From Octopus sinensis (Eukaryota): 64,000 nt of DNA. Within the stretch, counting starts at the first letter, position 1, and each line of letters starts with the position of its first letter. The notes under the pieces were generated by a model that searched no databases, was not told the origin of the DNA, and worked only from the letters and a program-made list of their open reading frames with translations. The stretch spans positions 56,420,001 through 56,484,000 of the forward strand of contig NC_043004.1 of assembly GCF_006345805.1 (NCBI RefSeq). Reading direction: 5' to 3'. Position numbers and translations under genes: made by a program. Positions 13,510-26,695 of the stretch are shown one piece after another.

Positions 13510-13880
13510 AGTAATCATCTTCCTTTTTACTATGGTAAGAAGGCTTGAATTTTTTGGGTCTTGTCGCTTACATCGACTGCAGTGTTTTACTGCTGCTTAA
13601 TTCATCGACCCCCGAAAGGATAGAAGGCAAAGTCAACCTCGGCAGAATTTGAACTCAGAACGTAGCGACACACAAAATACTTATTTCTTTACTACCCACA
13701 AGGGACTAAACACAGAGAGGACAAACGGATTAAGTCGATTATATCGACCCCAGTGCGTAACTGGTAATTAAATTATCGACCCCGAAAGGATGAAAGACAA
13801 AGTCGACGACCTCGGAGGAATTTGAACTCAGAACGTAGCGGCAGACTGCTACCTCTAAGCATTTCGCCCGGCTGCTAATA
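13510..13880 (-). mobile_element. Two nested family-D SINE-like copies
   Basis: The core tcgacccccgaaaggat...aaagtc..cctcggc.gaatttgaactcagaacgta occurs twice. The inner copy carries the 3' end atttctttactacccacaagggactaaacacagagaggacaaac. Confidence 0.75.
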
Positions 13881-14034
13881 ACAACAATAATCGCCGATGT
13901 AATCCTGAAAAACTGGTACACCAGTCAGCATCATTAGAAAGTGGCTGGCATAACAGAGTAGAAACATTATTTTGCATACTTAAAATGTTTCCCGTCGGGA
14001 AATTCTATGTATGTATGTATGTATGTATGTATGT

Positions 14035-14069
<35 letters not shown>

Positions 14070-14192
14070 ATGAACTAAAGTTGTAAGATACCGTACGCAT
14101 GGAAATATATATGAAAGAAGGTTGGAAAATGCAATTGTAAAGTTGTTTATTCAAATGAATAAACATCTTTAAAATTGCATTTTCAAACCTTC

Positions 14193-14246
<54 letters not shown>

Positions 14247-14302
14247 TTTGATACTTTGATAGGTTTCGGCCATTATTGGCCCAGGCCATGTCTAACTTAA
14301 TA

Positions 14303-14373
<71 letters not shown>

Positions 14374-14596
14374 CACAAAAGGCAGTTTGTTATGGCCGGT
14401 CATAGAGAGACCGTCGTTTTCGCACATATAAACCGCGTAGCTGCACAGGCAACTAGTCAGCCATGAATAGCCAGAGGCACATTGCCTCTCTACTGATCCT
14501 GTAGAGAGTCTATAAGCCTGCAGCTATTTGACTTGAATCAGTCGACTATATAGAATAGTGGTCTATAGGTGCGAAACCAACCTTTACTCTCTGACT

Positions 14597-15201
14597 CAGT
14601 GGTTTTCAATCAGGGTTCCGCCAGTACAGTCCAGGGGTTCCGCAACAAGTTACAAAACTGCTAAAATCAGCAGTAATTTTTAATTCTCCTGTGCAGATAT
14701 ACTCTTTTACTTGTTTCAGTCATTTGACTGCGGCCATGCTGGAGCACCGCCTTTAATCGAGTAACTCGACCCCGGGACTTATTCTTTTGTAAGCCCAGTA
14801 CTTATTCTGTCGGTCTCTTTTGCCGAACCGCTAAGTAACGGGGACATAAACACACCAGCATCGGTTGTCAAGCAATGCTAGGGGGACAAACACAGACACA
14901 CAAACACACACATACATATATATATATATACATATATACGACAGGCTTCTTTCAGTTTCCGTCTACCAAATCCACTCACAAGGCATTGGTCGGCCCGGGG
15001 CTATAGCAGAAGACACTTGCCCAAGATGCCACTCAGGGGGACTGAACCTGGAACCATGTGGTTGGTTAGCAAGCTACTTACCACACAGCCACTCCTGCGC
15101 CTATGTGTGCATAAGACTATTAAATTATTGCACAGGGGTTCCTCGAGCCAATGGAATGTTTCCTTGGGGTTCCACTCCAGCAAAAAGTTTGAAAAGCACT
15201 G
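14597..15201. mobile_element. hAT (Charlie-like) MITE interrupted by a SINE
   Basis: TIRs cagtggttttcaa and ttgaaaagcactg. Perfect 8-bp TSD ctctgact at 14589-14596 and 15202-15209. Confidence 0.9.
14701..15104 (-). mobile_element. Family-B SINE inserted in the hAT MITE
   Basis: Full reverse-complement copy of 9564-9980. Confidence 0.9.
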
Positions 15202-16093
15202 CTCTGACTGGACATAAAAAAATCATCCTTCTAAATATATTACTGCTCTGATGTTCTTTCTCGGATATATGAACTACTGACCTATATATATATATATATA
15301 TATATATATGGCGGTGCCCCGCCCCAGCATGGCCACAGCTCATTAGCTGAAACTGGAAAAATCATATATATATATAGATAGATATATGGAGGTAGGTGTA
15401 AATGTATTGAAAACGTAAGTATGAAAGCATATAAGTACTCTGCATGTATCTATCTATCTATATATGTTTATATATGAAGGAATGGAGGTATGTACTTTGT
15501 ATGTGTGTATACTCGAACAAATACATATAGATGGACGGGCAGATGGATGGAATTAACGGATTGATGAAAGGAAAGATCGACGGATTGATAGGAGGGATGG
15601 ATGGAGGACAATTTACATGATGTAAGACCGTAATGTTTTATTCAGTAAAATATGGACCGTGAGACCATTACCACTTAAATAGCCAGGCAAGACATTATTT
15701 ATACATGTTGTTAGTTTATGATATTCACTGAATGTGTGCGAGTTTTATGGCAAACTGCATGCAATAGGAAGCGATTTATTACTATTAAAAATCTTTTCTC
15801 AACTACATAAAACCATAGAGACTGACAATAAACTTCGACTTAATGAGCAATCGTTGACAATGTGTATTCAAAGCTCGAATAGGAACACTTTCACGACAAA
15901 CACACATGCATACATACATACATACATAAATACATACATACATACATACATACATACATTCCTACATACATAGAGCGAGATAGCTGATTAAATAGATGCT
16001 TATATGTTTGAGTGTGTGTGTGTGTGTGTGGCTATGTGTGTTTCTGTATGTGTGCATATGTCTACGTATGTATGTACGCATGAATGTATGTCA

Positions 16094-16141
<48 letters not shown>

Positions 16142-16181
16142 CATACATATATGTATGCATGCAGTTATATACATACATATG

Positions 16182-16217
<36 letters not shown>

Positions 16218-16246
16218 TATATCCCTCTATCTAGCTCTCCCTCTTT

Positions 16247-16294
<48 letters not shown>

Positions 16295-16644
16295 ATATAT
16301 ATATATAATAAATAATATATGAATATATGCATATATACATACATATATGTACATACATGCATATATATGTATATATACATGCATATATGGGTACAGGATA
16401 TAAAAAAAATGTTGAACACAATGAGAAACGAAAACATAAAAAGAAAGACATAGAATCGAGCGTTTTTTTCAAACAACGAAAAATAAAAAAAAACCAGAGA
16501 AACGAGACATACAACATAAAGAATATCCCCCTTCTTCAGTTGTCCCTGTTTCATCTAATCCGCGTTTCGAAATATATATATATATATATACGTTTAAATA
16601 TTTGTTGTGCAAGATTTTTTATGTAAAGTCGTGTGTTGAAACAG

Positions 16645-17074
16645 ATATTGTTATATTTCGGAATGGTCATATTGCCAGTTTAGCCAATAAAAACACACGC
16701 ACTATATATTTGGTGTTATTTTGCTTCAGTGTTATTTATTTTTTACATTAATCTTAATCTTATTTCGGCCAGAGTTCTTTCGTCACACTCCTGTGACTGC
16801 ATCAGGGGTCCTTTGTTTTCTTCTTTCTTATTTGTGTCTCTCCTTACTAACCGTCAGCCATTTTGTATTTCTCAGACGGTTAGTAAGGAGAGACACAAAT
16901 AAGAAAGAAGAAAACAAAGGACCCCTGATGCAGTCACAGGAGTGTGACGAAAGAAATAATATTAAGATTAATGTAAAAAATAAATAACACTGAAGCAAAA
17001 TAACACCAAATATATAGTGCGTGTGTTTTTATTGGCTAAACTGGCAATATGACCATTCCGAAATATAACAATAT
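16645..17074. repeat. 430-bp fold-back palindrome (Penelope-LTR-like) with 19-nt spacer
   Basis: Arms 16645-16855 and 16875-17074 are reverse complements. The right arm lacks about 11 nt. Confidence 0.95.
16767..16811 (-). ncRNA. Degenerate hammerhead-like motif
   Basis: CTGATGCA, stem GTCAC/aggagt/GTGAC, GAAA, GAACTC. The core has an extra C and stem I pairs only partly. Confidence 0.4.
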
Positions 17075-17093
17075 ATACATATATATATATATA

Positions 17094-17685
17094 TATTGAG
17101 AATTGCGCAAATTTCTACAACAGTTTGCTTTTAATAATGTAGTGTTGTTTCTTTTTAGAAATTATTCAGTTTTCTAATTTAAACCTATGTGATTACTTCA
17201 GGTTTTCAGGTTATGCGCCAAGTTGTTGAAAATGTCGATGAAAAGTTGTATGGTTTGAAGTGAGATTTATTGCCAATTCATTAATTGATAATCCAGGATT
17301 TTCTTCAAGTAATGACTCTAGGAGCTTATCACCAAACTCAACTGGACGTCCTATTCGATCTTCATCTTGAAGTCTGAAATCTCCACTTCTGAATTTTGCA
17401 TTCTTTACCATAAACTGTATGATTTGAGTCGCTTCGGCTGCAGAGTTTCCATCTTTGTACTCACAAAGCATTCTGTACCTCAAATGCTCTTTGGATACTT
17501 CCATGTTAGAAAGGGTTTTAGTCGAAGAAATTTTGATTCTATTATTTAATATTTAATTAGTTTAATTGTACACAAATGCATAAAATAATTTTGAATTCTA
17601 TTAAGCATTCTAAAATACTATTAAATTTCATTCAATTTAAAAAAAAAAGGTAAAATAGGACAGAACTTGTGGGATGTCCTTATAT
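17094..17685 (-). mobile_element. Internally deleted mariner (N-terminal HTH remnant)
   Basis: MEVSKEHLRYRMLCEYKDGNSAAEA...FRSGDFRLQDEDRIGRP...LLEENPGLSINELA. TIR-like tataaggacatcccacaagttctgtcc at the right end. Confidence 0.8.
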
Positions 17686-18531
17686 ATTACCTCTATTCTT
17701 CGTCTTAAAGTTAGAACTACACAGTGGGCAATATAATCATTGATAAACGAAAAGAAAGGACAATCGTTACTTAGAGATAAACAAGATGGTAGGTTAAAGC
17801 GTGAGATTACTATCCGAATTTGGAAATAAATTGGAGATAAAGGAATGCAGTTATTTTACCTTTCAATGTTTTCGAATTAGTCTAATGTGAACCAGGTCAC
17901 ACATATAAGCTGTGATTCATTAACGTTAATGATAATTTTTAGCTGAGCTTCTCTGTTAACACGCTAATCTATGCCTCAAAAAGTATGTTATGAGAAGGCC
18001 AGAAATCTGAGTCGCGATACTTGTGCTGAATAAACCGGCCATAGATCATGACAGGATAATCTTTCAACAGATGAACAATTGCATAAAAGCAAAGATTATG
18101 GTGAAGGTCGTAACTAAATACAGTATCCATTGCATTGGATCATTATAATATATTAGTTTTATATATTTAATATGCTAGGTTAGTGTGATCAAATGTGAAA
18201 TTTATTGTTTTGAGATCAATAATAATGTACCCATCTAAAACAATGGATTAGCTGAACTGGAAGAGCGTCAGATGAGGTACCTTGTAGAGTCTGTGGTAGT
18301 CCTTTCTATTCAGTGTTATGCCAACAGCGATAACACTGGAGCGAGGCTGTAGCAGCTCTTAAGTGGCGTATTTTCTCTAAATGCTAATCTAAATGCATTA
18401 ACACATACAAAGAAATGAAGCCTGCTCAGGCCTGTATATACATGCTTTGATACATGACCAAACCTTATCGACAGAAATTTCTCAATATTGATTAAATATC
18501 ATTTTCAGTCGTATTTAAAGCAAAAGAAAAC

Positions 18532-18671
18532 AAAAAGAAAAAAGAGAAACGAAAATAACAAAAAGAAAAAAGAGAAACGAAAATAACAAAAAGAAAAAAG
18601 AGAAACGAAAATAACAAAAAGAAAAAAGAGAAACGAAAATAACAAAAAGAAAAAAGAGAAACGAAAATAAC
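18532..18671. repeat. 28-bp minisatellite, 5 copies
   Basis: gagaaacgaaaataac starts at 18544, 18572, 18600, 18628 and 18656. Confidence 0.95.
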
Positions 18672-18917
18672 ATGGGGGAAAGCACTTTTCGTTAATAACT
18701 GAAACAAGGTTAATTTTCTGTAGTTCAATTTTATTTTAGACAATTGTGGCATTTCTTTTGACCGGTAAATATAATCCATATAATTTATTGTGTATTCAAT
18801 TATGCTGCCGATATTAAATACATTTATAGGTTTATGATATGGGAACGGTATCGAAAATATATGAAGTGCCTTATATATATATGCATGGATATATGTATGA
18901 ATATACACGCATACGCA

Positions 18918-18960
<43 letters not shown>

Positions 18961-18990
18961 GCATGTATTATATATGTACATATATATGGG

Positions 18991-19025
<35 letters not shown>

Positions 19026-19058
19026 GCAGACAGACAGACAGACATACAGATAGACAGG

Positions 19059-19117
<59 letters not shown>

Positions 19118-19469
19118 GCAGACAGACAGACAGACAGACAGATAGACAGGTAGATAGATAGATAATGTTTAGGTAGAAATTTTAGGGTTTTGAGGTCTTT
19201 GGTTATTCTTGAAAAATTTATTTTATTCACAATTTAATTTCAGTTATGTTTTTTTTTATTTCTGGCAAAATAACAACTGGAACTAAAGACCTGAATAATT
19301 AAAATAACTGAGAAATATTAATATAAATGAAAATATTAATATAGATGAAAGGACAATGATCTTGTGCTGTGAAGCAGAGATATATAAACACTTTTTGTGT
19401 TAAACTAAATACCTTCTTTTTCTGCTCACTGATCTGTTCTCATAGTCTCAGTAATTTCATCATTACTAA

Positions 19470-19500
<31 letters not shown>

Positions 19501-20793
19501 GCTGTCGTTGTTTATTTATTTTTCTCATATGATATAACGGAAATCAAGATAGAAAAGCAAAGAGTTTTATTATAGTTTTGATGGATATTTGGTTGCAAGC
19601 CGCCGTTAATTCAAATAAATGTACTAATAAAGATATTTGATATTAGTTCTAAGGTTTGCTGGCATGGCAACCGTTACCACAGGTTATTTATATTTATTTG
19701 CCGATGTCCGTTTGCTTTTGTTATTTTATTAATTTCTTTTGTAATTAAAGGAATCTGTAGAGAATCTATTAAACTAACATCAGTAATTAAAATTTATTCT
19801 GTAATGCAGAATTGCTTTTTCTTCGTCTAATTTTTTAGGCTTAAAGTATGTTTTCCAGCAACGTATTTTCTTCTCTTTAATTTGCTTTAAATATATTTCC
19901 ATTTGTTAGTTTGAATGTTAAATATTTCTACTTTACTTTCCATTACCTTTGACCAAAACGATGTAAAATTTTATAGTAAAATTGCCAATTCAGTGAAGAA
20001 AAGAGAACCACTGTGTAATTAAAGAAAGCTAGTTAAAATGTTGAATGTAAATACATGAGCGAGATAAATACTTGGAAGTGAACTTTTAAACTGTGGTTAT
20101 TGTTACCTTCGTACTTGTTCAAGGCACTCATCAGCGGCCATACTTGGACAGCGCTTTGAATGGGTTAGTCGATCAAATTGAGTCAGTATTTAAAACTATC
20201 ATATTTATTCTATCGACCTCAGTTTCCTCGGCTACGGTAGCGTAAAGCAGATAAAACCGAATATTACGATGATACAGTTTTAAAAACAAGCCACAAGACA
20301 CAAACTTATAAATATAAAATGGGCTTACAAACAGTTACTATACCATAACACAATAATGCAATTGGTGATCCATAGTTTCATTAGTTAATTCATGCAATAT
20401 CTTTTGTAGCAACATAATACAATGAACATCCAATAATAATACACATCGGTCTTTGTAGATTCTTTTTTTGTTTTCGAAAAGGGGAATTTCCCCCGAAATA
20501 TTATGAAATCATTAAACAACCTATGGCAGGTTAAGAAATATTTTTTCTGTTTGTTTTCATGCTTTGACTTCACCTTAGATGTTTTCATTAGGTCCTGGTT
20601 TGCATAAATAATTTTGTAAACCCTCATCTCGCTTATGTTTGGCGCTAATATATATTGATGAACGAGTCATATACTGATACACACACATGCACACACACAC
20701 AACAACAACAACACATACACACAACAACAACAACAACACATACACACAACAACAACACACAGACACACACGCACACACACTCATGCGCACACA

Positions 20794-20879
<86 letters not shown>

Positions 20880-21149
20880 GTGGTCTGTGCACAGTTCCGC
20901 CTACCAAATTACGAGATATGGCTAAACATGATTTATAACTAAAGAGCCCCGCAGTGATGTTAAACAGCAGAACTCTAGAACCATGAAGCCGTTTGCCAAT
21001 CAAAACATCTTAATCACGAAGCCAAATCTGTACTCGTAATAGTTACTGATGCGCTTATTGCATTTATAGCGATGAAGGTCTTCCTATATACTGTGGTCGA
21101 TAGAATCGTGTATAATATTAGTTTCAAATTTTGGCAAATGGCTAGAAAG

Positions 21150-21560
21150 GTCGGAGGGAGGAGTTAAGTCGATTATATCGAACCCAGTGTTTAACTGGTA
21201 TTTATTTTATCAGCCTTGAAAGAATGAAAGGCAAAGTCGACCCCGGCAGAATTTGAACTCAGTGCGTGAAGACAGATGAAATGCCGCTAAGCACCGGCGT
21301 GCTAACAATCCTGGCACCTCGCCGCCTTAGAATTGTGTGTAATCCTTGCTACTATAGGTACAGGGTCTGAAATTTTAAGGGAGGGGGTAGTCGATTACAT
21401 CGACCCTAGTGTTTCACTGGAACTTATTTTATGGAGCCTGAAATGACGAAAGACAAAGTCGGTCTCGGTAGAATTTGATATCAGCATGCAGACGGACGAA
21501 ATACCGCTAAGCGCTGTCGTTTGGCGTCCTAATGATTTTGCCAGCTCGCTACCCTAGAAC
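21150..21560 (-). mobile_element. Two family-D SINE-like copies in tandem
   Basis: agtcgattatatcgaacccagtg...gaatttgaactcag...ccgctaagca occurs twice (about 21150-21330 and 21355-21560). Confidence 0.75.
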
Positions 21561-21839
21561 TGTATATGATATTAATTATTTTATTACAAAGCCTCACATT
21601 ATTGAAAAGAAGCTAGCTGATAGCTTCGACCCCTGTGCTCCGCAGTTATTTTATCGACATCGGAGGCATTTCTGACAATAGTTGACCTCAAGGAGATTTT
21701 TAACTCCTTACTTAAGAACCGAAATCAATAACGCAAGGCATTTTTCCGAAGCTCAGACGATTCTAAAGTTGTGCCGTTCTAATGCTGAAGCAGCAGCATA
21801 ATTGCTTACTTGTGACTTTTCGTAAAACGGAAAGGAGAA

Positions 21840-22300
21840 ATTTCAGAGATATTTCGTTGTAATTTCTAAATGTTTAGGCTAACAAAAGATCTCCTTCCGT
21901 CATGAATGGCTATAGGATTGTACTTAGGAAGTCCTCCAACACCGAAGTACAAGTCCTGGTAATGTTTGTGGAAGACCAGTATACATTCATACATACATAC
22001 ATTTAAATATGTGTGTGTATGTGTGTATATGTGTATTATATATATATATATATATAAAGCTAATCCAAACAAGAAAACAAAAACAAAAAAACAACAACGC
22101 AAGGACGTGGAACAAATAAAGTATTATTGGACGCTCAGAAAAGAAGGGAAGAAGGAGGGTTTGACGTTTCGAGCGGAGCTCTTCGTCGGAAATATAAGAG
22201 AAGGAAAGATCCCGAGAAGGGAAGACAGGGGAAAAAAATCGCTAGTGATACAGACGAGGTCACATAAGTGTCCAAACTGTTACTATAGTAACGAATCTAA
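21840..22300 (-). mobile_element. Penelope-like 3' fragment and LTR-like region, split by a microsatellite
   Basis: Short coding-like remnant (VGGLPKYNPIAIHDGRRSFVSLNI) next to an LTR-like segment containing a minimal HHR motif. Confidence 0.5.
22160..22192 (-). ncRNA. Minimal hammerhead ribozyme motif, core mutated
   Basis: ttt-CCGACGA-A-GAGC(tcc)GCTC-GAAA-C-GTC-aaa. Palindromic ACGT stem III; U4 is C. Confidence 0.5.
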
Positions 22301-22305
22301 AACAC

Positions 22306-22775
22306 ATACGGTAAAGCTGCTTGGCACAGATTGACCTTGCGCTCTGCTGGGCATGCGCGCTAAGTTTTAACATTCATTCTGATTAATTACGGTTCAGTTT
22401 AGTCCATTATCACTGAAGATTTAGGTATGAGACACGTGTCTGCCAAGTTTGTGCCAAAACAGCTTCCGGCTGATCAAAACTATACTCGGGTTTCCGTTGC
22501 ACAAGATCTCCTTGATTGTGTCGAGAACGCTGAGAAAATTTTGAAATCTTCTGAGCAGGTATCGCCAAACTCTTGGCAAAATTTGATGCAGATTCTCTGC
22601 TCAACCTTCTCTGTCATAGTCATTGCGACGATCACGTGCTGCACACCTACCTTCCAAGCACTACTGTAAATAGCGAAAGTGAGCTAGAACGTTAAAACGT
22701 AATGCGCATGTACAACAGAGTTCAAAATCAATTTGTGCCAAGTGGCTAACTCTGCGTGCTTTAGCTTCATTATTA
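22306..22775 (+). mobile_element. Second copy of the irritans-like mariner derivative seen at 5089-5880
   Basis: Shares gctg.ttggca..aattgacctt, ttcagtttagtccattatcactga.gattt.ggtatgaga and the inverted right arm. Confidence 0.75.
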
Positions 22776-23139
22776 TATATATATAGGATAGAAATATGTT
22801 ACAAAAAGAAAAAAGAAACTACACGTGGAAATGTAAGGGGAAAGTAAGAAGGCGTACAAATTGAAAGAAACGTAGGAATGAATAATTTTCCATTTATTAA
22901 TAAATAACTGGATGATATGCTTAATACGTACTTATTCATTTAGGGAAATTTATTTCCCAAAGATATAAGGTGTTGATATAAGGTGTATTCTTGGATATAA
23001 TCGTCCCTTTAGGAAGTTGATATATCCTCTAATTAACACACACACACACATATATACGCACGCACGCACACTCACACACACATATTTGATGAGGTGTACT
23101 TGTAATTCAAAGGGATAAACTTGGGACATACTTTGTTAC

Positions 23140-23280
23140 GCTGAATCTCCCTGAGAGCTATGTTAAGGGTATTCGTATCTGTGGAGTGCTGAATCACATG
23201 CAGGTTAATTTTACGACCAAGCTGTTCCGTTGATCGGATTACTTGGAGCCATCGTCGCCGTAACCGGCAGAGTGCCAGCG
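23140..23280 (+). mobile_element. SINE 3' tail fragment related to family A
   Basis: ctgtggagtgct...gctgttccgttgatcgga...tcgtcgccgtaaccg matches the family A tail. Confidence 0.65.
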
Positions 23281-23418
23281 ATATATGTGTGTATATATCA
23301 ATATCTATATATCTAAATTTAAATAATAAGGGTGAAAAATTGAATATTAATTTGATTAATATCAATTTAAAACCAGTGGCCTAGCATATTGAAAAATCTG
23401 AAGATTCAGAAAAATTAT

Positions 23419-23690
23419 ATTACATACATATGAGAGGGATGACCAATAAGTGGACATCCATTATGCTAGAGGTAGACCCCATATGGTCTGACCACTAAGA
23501 AAAGATTGTTCTCAAGAAAAGTCAGCAAACGCCAGAACGTAAGCAAGCAAGGCAAATGAAAAGATACAAAATATAAAGATTAATCACAAACCCGATTTCT
23601 TTACTTAGTGGTCAGACCATAATGGATAATGGATGTCCACTAGCATAATGGATGTTCACCTAGTGGCCATCACTCTTATATGTATGTAAT
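23419..23690. mobile_element. MITE with about 90-bp imperfect TIRs (Tc1/mariner-like)
   Basis: Left catatgagagggatgacc...acatccattatgctag...atggtctgaccactaag mirrors right cttagtggtcagaccat...ctagcataatggatgt...catcactcttatatg. Confidence 0.8.
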
Positions 23691-23701
23691 ATATATATTA
23701 C

Positions 23702-23865
23702 ATACAGGAGTGGCTGTGTGGTAAGTAGCTTGTCTACCATCCACATGGTTCCGGGTTCAGTCCCACTGCGTGGCACCTTGGGCAAGTGTCTTCTACTATA
23801 GTCTCGGGCCGACCAAAGCATTGTGAGTGGATGTGGTAGACGGAAACTGAATGAAGCCCGTCGTA

Positions 23866-23896
<31 letters not shown>

Positions 23897-24111
23897 GCGT
23901 GTCTGTGTTTGTCCCCTAGCATTGCTTGACAACCGATGCTGGTGTGTTTATGTCCCCGTTACTTAGCGGTCCGGCAAAAGAGACCGATAGAATAAGTACT
24001 GGGCTTACAACAGAATAAGTCCCGGGGTCGAGTTGCTCGATTAAAGGTGGTACTCCAGCATGGCCGCAGTCAAATGACTGAAACAAGTAAAAGAGTAAAA
24101 GAGTAAAAGAG
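23702..24111 (+). mobile_element. Family-B SINE
   Basis: Full copy with (aaaagagt)n tail. Confidence 0.9.
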
Positions 24112-24414
24112 CACCCCTTTAGATACCGCTCAGCAAATCCAGTCACAAGCTTTTGAGCGCCCCAAGGCTTTAGCAGAAGATACCTGCTTAGGGGTCCACG
24201 CTCAGTTGGACTGAGCCTGGAATCATGTGGTAAGGTTCTTACAGCACATCCGCGTTTGCATCAATGTTGCTAATATTTGGCATTGTTGTTGTTGATGTTG
24301 ATCCTCTAAAGCTGGTCTTTTTGCAGAGTCGCTCCGGCTGCCTTTTCTGTCGTTTCTCATGTCGCTACTGCTGTCGGTGCTCTTGATGTTCTCGTTGATC
24401 TCGCTCTTGTCGTG

Positions 24415-24645
24415 ATTGGCGAGCTGGCAGAAACGTTAGCACGCCGGGCGAAATGCTTAGCGGTATTTCGTCTGCCGTTACGTTGTGAGTTCAAATTTCG
24501 CCGAGGTCGACTTTGGCTTTCATCCTTTCGGGGTCGATAAATTAAGTACCAGTTACGCACTGGGGTCGATATAATCGACTTAACACCTATGTCTGTCCTT
24601 GTTTGTCCTCTCTGTGTTTAGCCCCTTGTGGGTAATAAAGAAATA
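24415..24645 (+). mobile_element. Family-D SINE-like element
   Basis: ggcgagctggcagaaacgttagcacgccgggcgaaatgcttagcggtatttcg...gagttcaaatt...gtttagccccttgtgggtaataaagaaatagg. Confidence 0.8.
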
Positions 24646-24649
24646 GGTA

Positions 24650-25288
24650 CTGTTGCAGTTGCTGCCTCCATTTCTGTTCGTTATTGTTGCTGTTGTTCTT
24701 GTTGTTCCTGTTGCTGTTGCTCTTGTTGTTGTTGTTGTTGTTTGTGCCCCTATGCCATAAGCCACTGTTTTATTAATCAGTCCAATCATTTTCATGGAGA
24801 AAAAAGAAGAATCCTAAAGTTGGCTTTCTGCGATATGGATGCGAGGATTACTTTAAAGGACAGTTGTACTGATATTAAAGATAAATATATTAAGTTATAG
24901 CAATCAATAGAAACAGTAGTAGTGGTACTGCTAGTAGTAGTAGTAATAGTGTTAGCAGTGGTGTTAGTAGTAGTAGTAGTAGTAGTTGCAGCAGGAAGAG
25001 CAGGAGGGGAAGGAGGGGCAATGTTTCAATTGCAATGGCGGTCACAGTGGTAATTGTTTGATTGTGAGATGAGATCAAGAACAATAATTACCGAGTTAAA
25101 GGTAGTGGTGATCGTGGTGTTGGTGGTAGTGGTCATGGTGTTGGAGGTGGTGGTGGTTTGGGTGTTAGTAGAAGTAATACTGGTGTGGGAGGTGATGTTA
25201 GTGATTGTGGTGGTAGTGGTAAAATTCCAGTAGCAACACCGTCGGGGGAGATGACGATAAGAATTGATTTCATTCCTGATGGTGATAA

Positions 25289-25322
<34 letters not shown>

Positions 25323-25339
25323 GGTGGTGGTGGTGGTGG

Positions 25340-25424
<85 letters not shown>

Positions 25425-26640
25425 GACGATGATGATGATGATGACGATGATGATGTTGAGGATGTTGATGACGAAGGTGATGATCACACCAATTCCCTAC
25501 TATCATCATCATCATCATCATCATCATCATTAGCAGCAGTAGTAGCAGCAGCATCGTCATCCTCATCATCACCGAGGTGATGATGTTGCTGATAAGGATC
25601 TCCATAGTGAAGGTTGTGGTGATAGTTATCTAGACAGATCACATCACTGGTGACGGTGCCGGTGGTTGTGCTGGGGTTGTGGGTGATAGTGATGACGATG
25701 GCGGTGGTAGTACTGGTGATAGAGGCGAAGGTGGTGTTAGAATTTATGAAATGATTCAGAAGTGATCGATTTATCGATTTTTTCATCATTTTTCGTCCAA
25801 CAACAGCTCAGTGCGCGAAAGGATGTGAACATGAACTCATTGTCGTCAGAAATACCAGGAATCTCTATAAATTTTGCGACTTTCTGTGAACTACCATCGT
25901 GGTGGTGATGGTAGTGGTGGTGGAGGTGGTGGTAATGATGTTGATGAAAATGATGATGATGATGGGGAAGTGGACGTCGACGGTGAAAACAATGATGGCA
26001 ATGACAATAAATATTACGATGACGATGGCTGCGATGCCGAGGGCGACGACAGCGATGACGACGACAACGATAGCACCAATGATGATGATGATGATTATGA
26101 CGATGATGACGATGATGATGATGATAGTCTTGGTGATGATGATGACGATGTTGAAGACTACGACAATACTGATAGGTGAACAAATATGATGATGGTAAGA
26201 TATAGAAGATCAAAACAAAAAAAAAAGAAAGATGCGGAAGAGAGTTAGTAATGGATGGATGGACAGAGGGGTGATGTTGTATGGAAGAGAAAACATAAAG
26301 CTGACTTATGAAAATATTATGATGGCGACCTAATGGTGAAGCTGCGGCAGCATCTAAAGATTATCACAGGATGATAACGGGAACAACGACGACTGGGATG
26401 TTGCTCATGATAATAGCAGTAATGATGATGACAGTGATGATTGCGATGGTGATGATGATGATGAAGGGGAGGAGGAGTAGGCGGAGGAGAATGGTGACAA
26501 AGTGGGGGATAATGATGACGAAGACGATGACGCCGACGCGGACGACGAATGATGATGAAGACGATGGCGATGATTCAGTTGATGATGTCAACGGAGTTGA
26601 TAATAACGACAAACTACGACGACTATGACGATGACGATGG

Positions 26641-26677
<37 letters not shown>

Positions 26678-26695
26678 ATGATGATCATGATGAAA
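24650..26695. repeat. About 2-kb degenerate compound trinucleotide microsatellite field (TGT/TAG/GGT/GAT/CAT/GAC)
   Basis: Direct reading; generates the poly-Asp, His, Met and Val ORFs. Confidence 0.9.

Noticed and set aside
16500-16550. Minus-strand gacaa-CTGAAGA-agggggatattc...gta-tgtc as a possible hammerhead
   Set aside because: Stem I is plausible but the GAAA core strand is absent.
18532-18671. Regular 28-bp repeats, CRISPR-like in length
   Set aside because: They are head-to-tail with no unique spacers, in a eukaryotic context with no cas genes.
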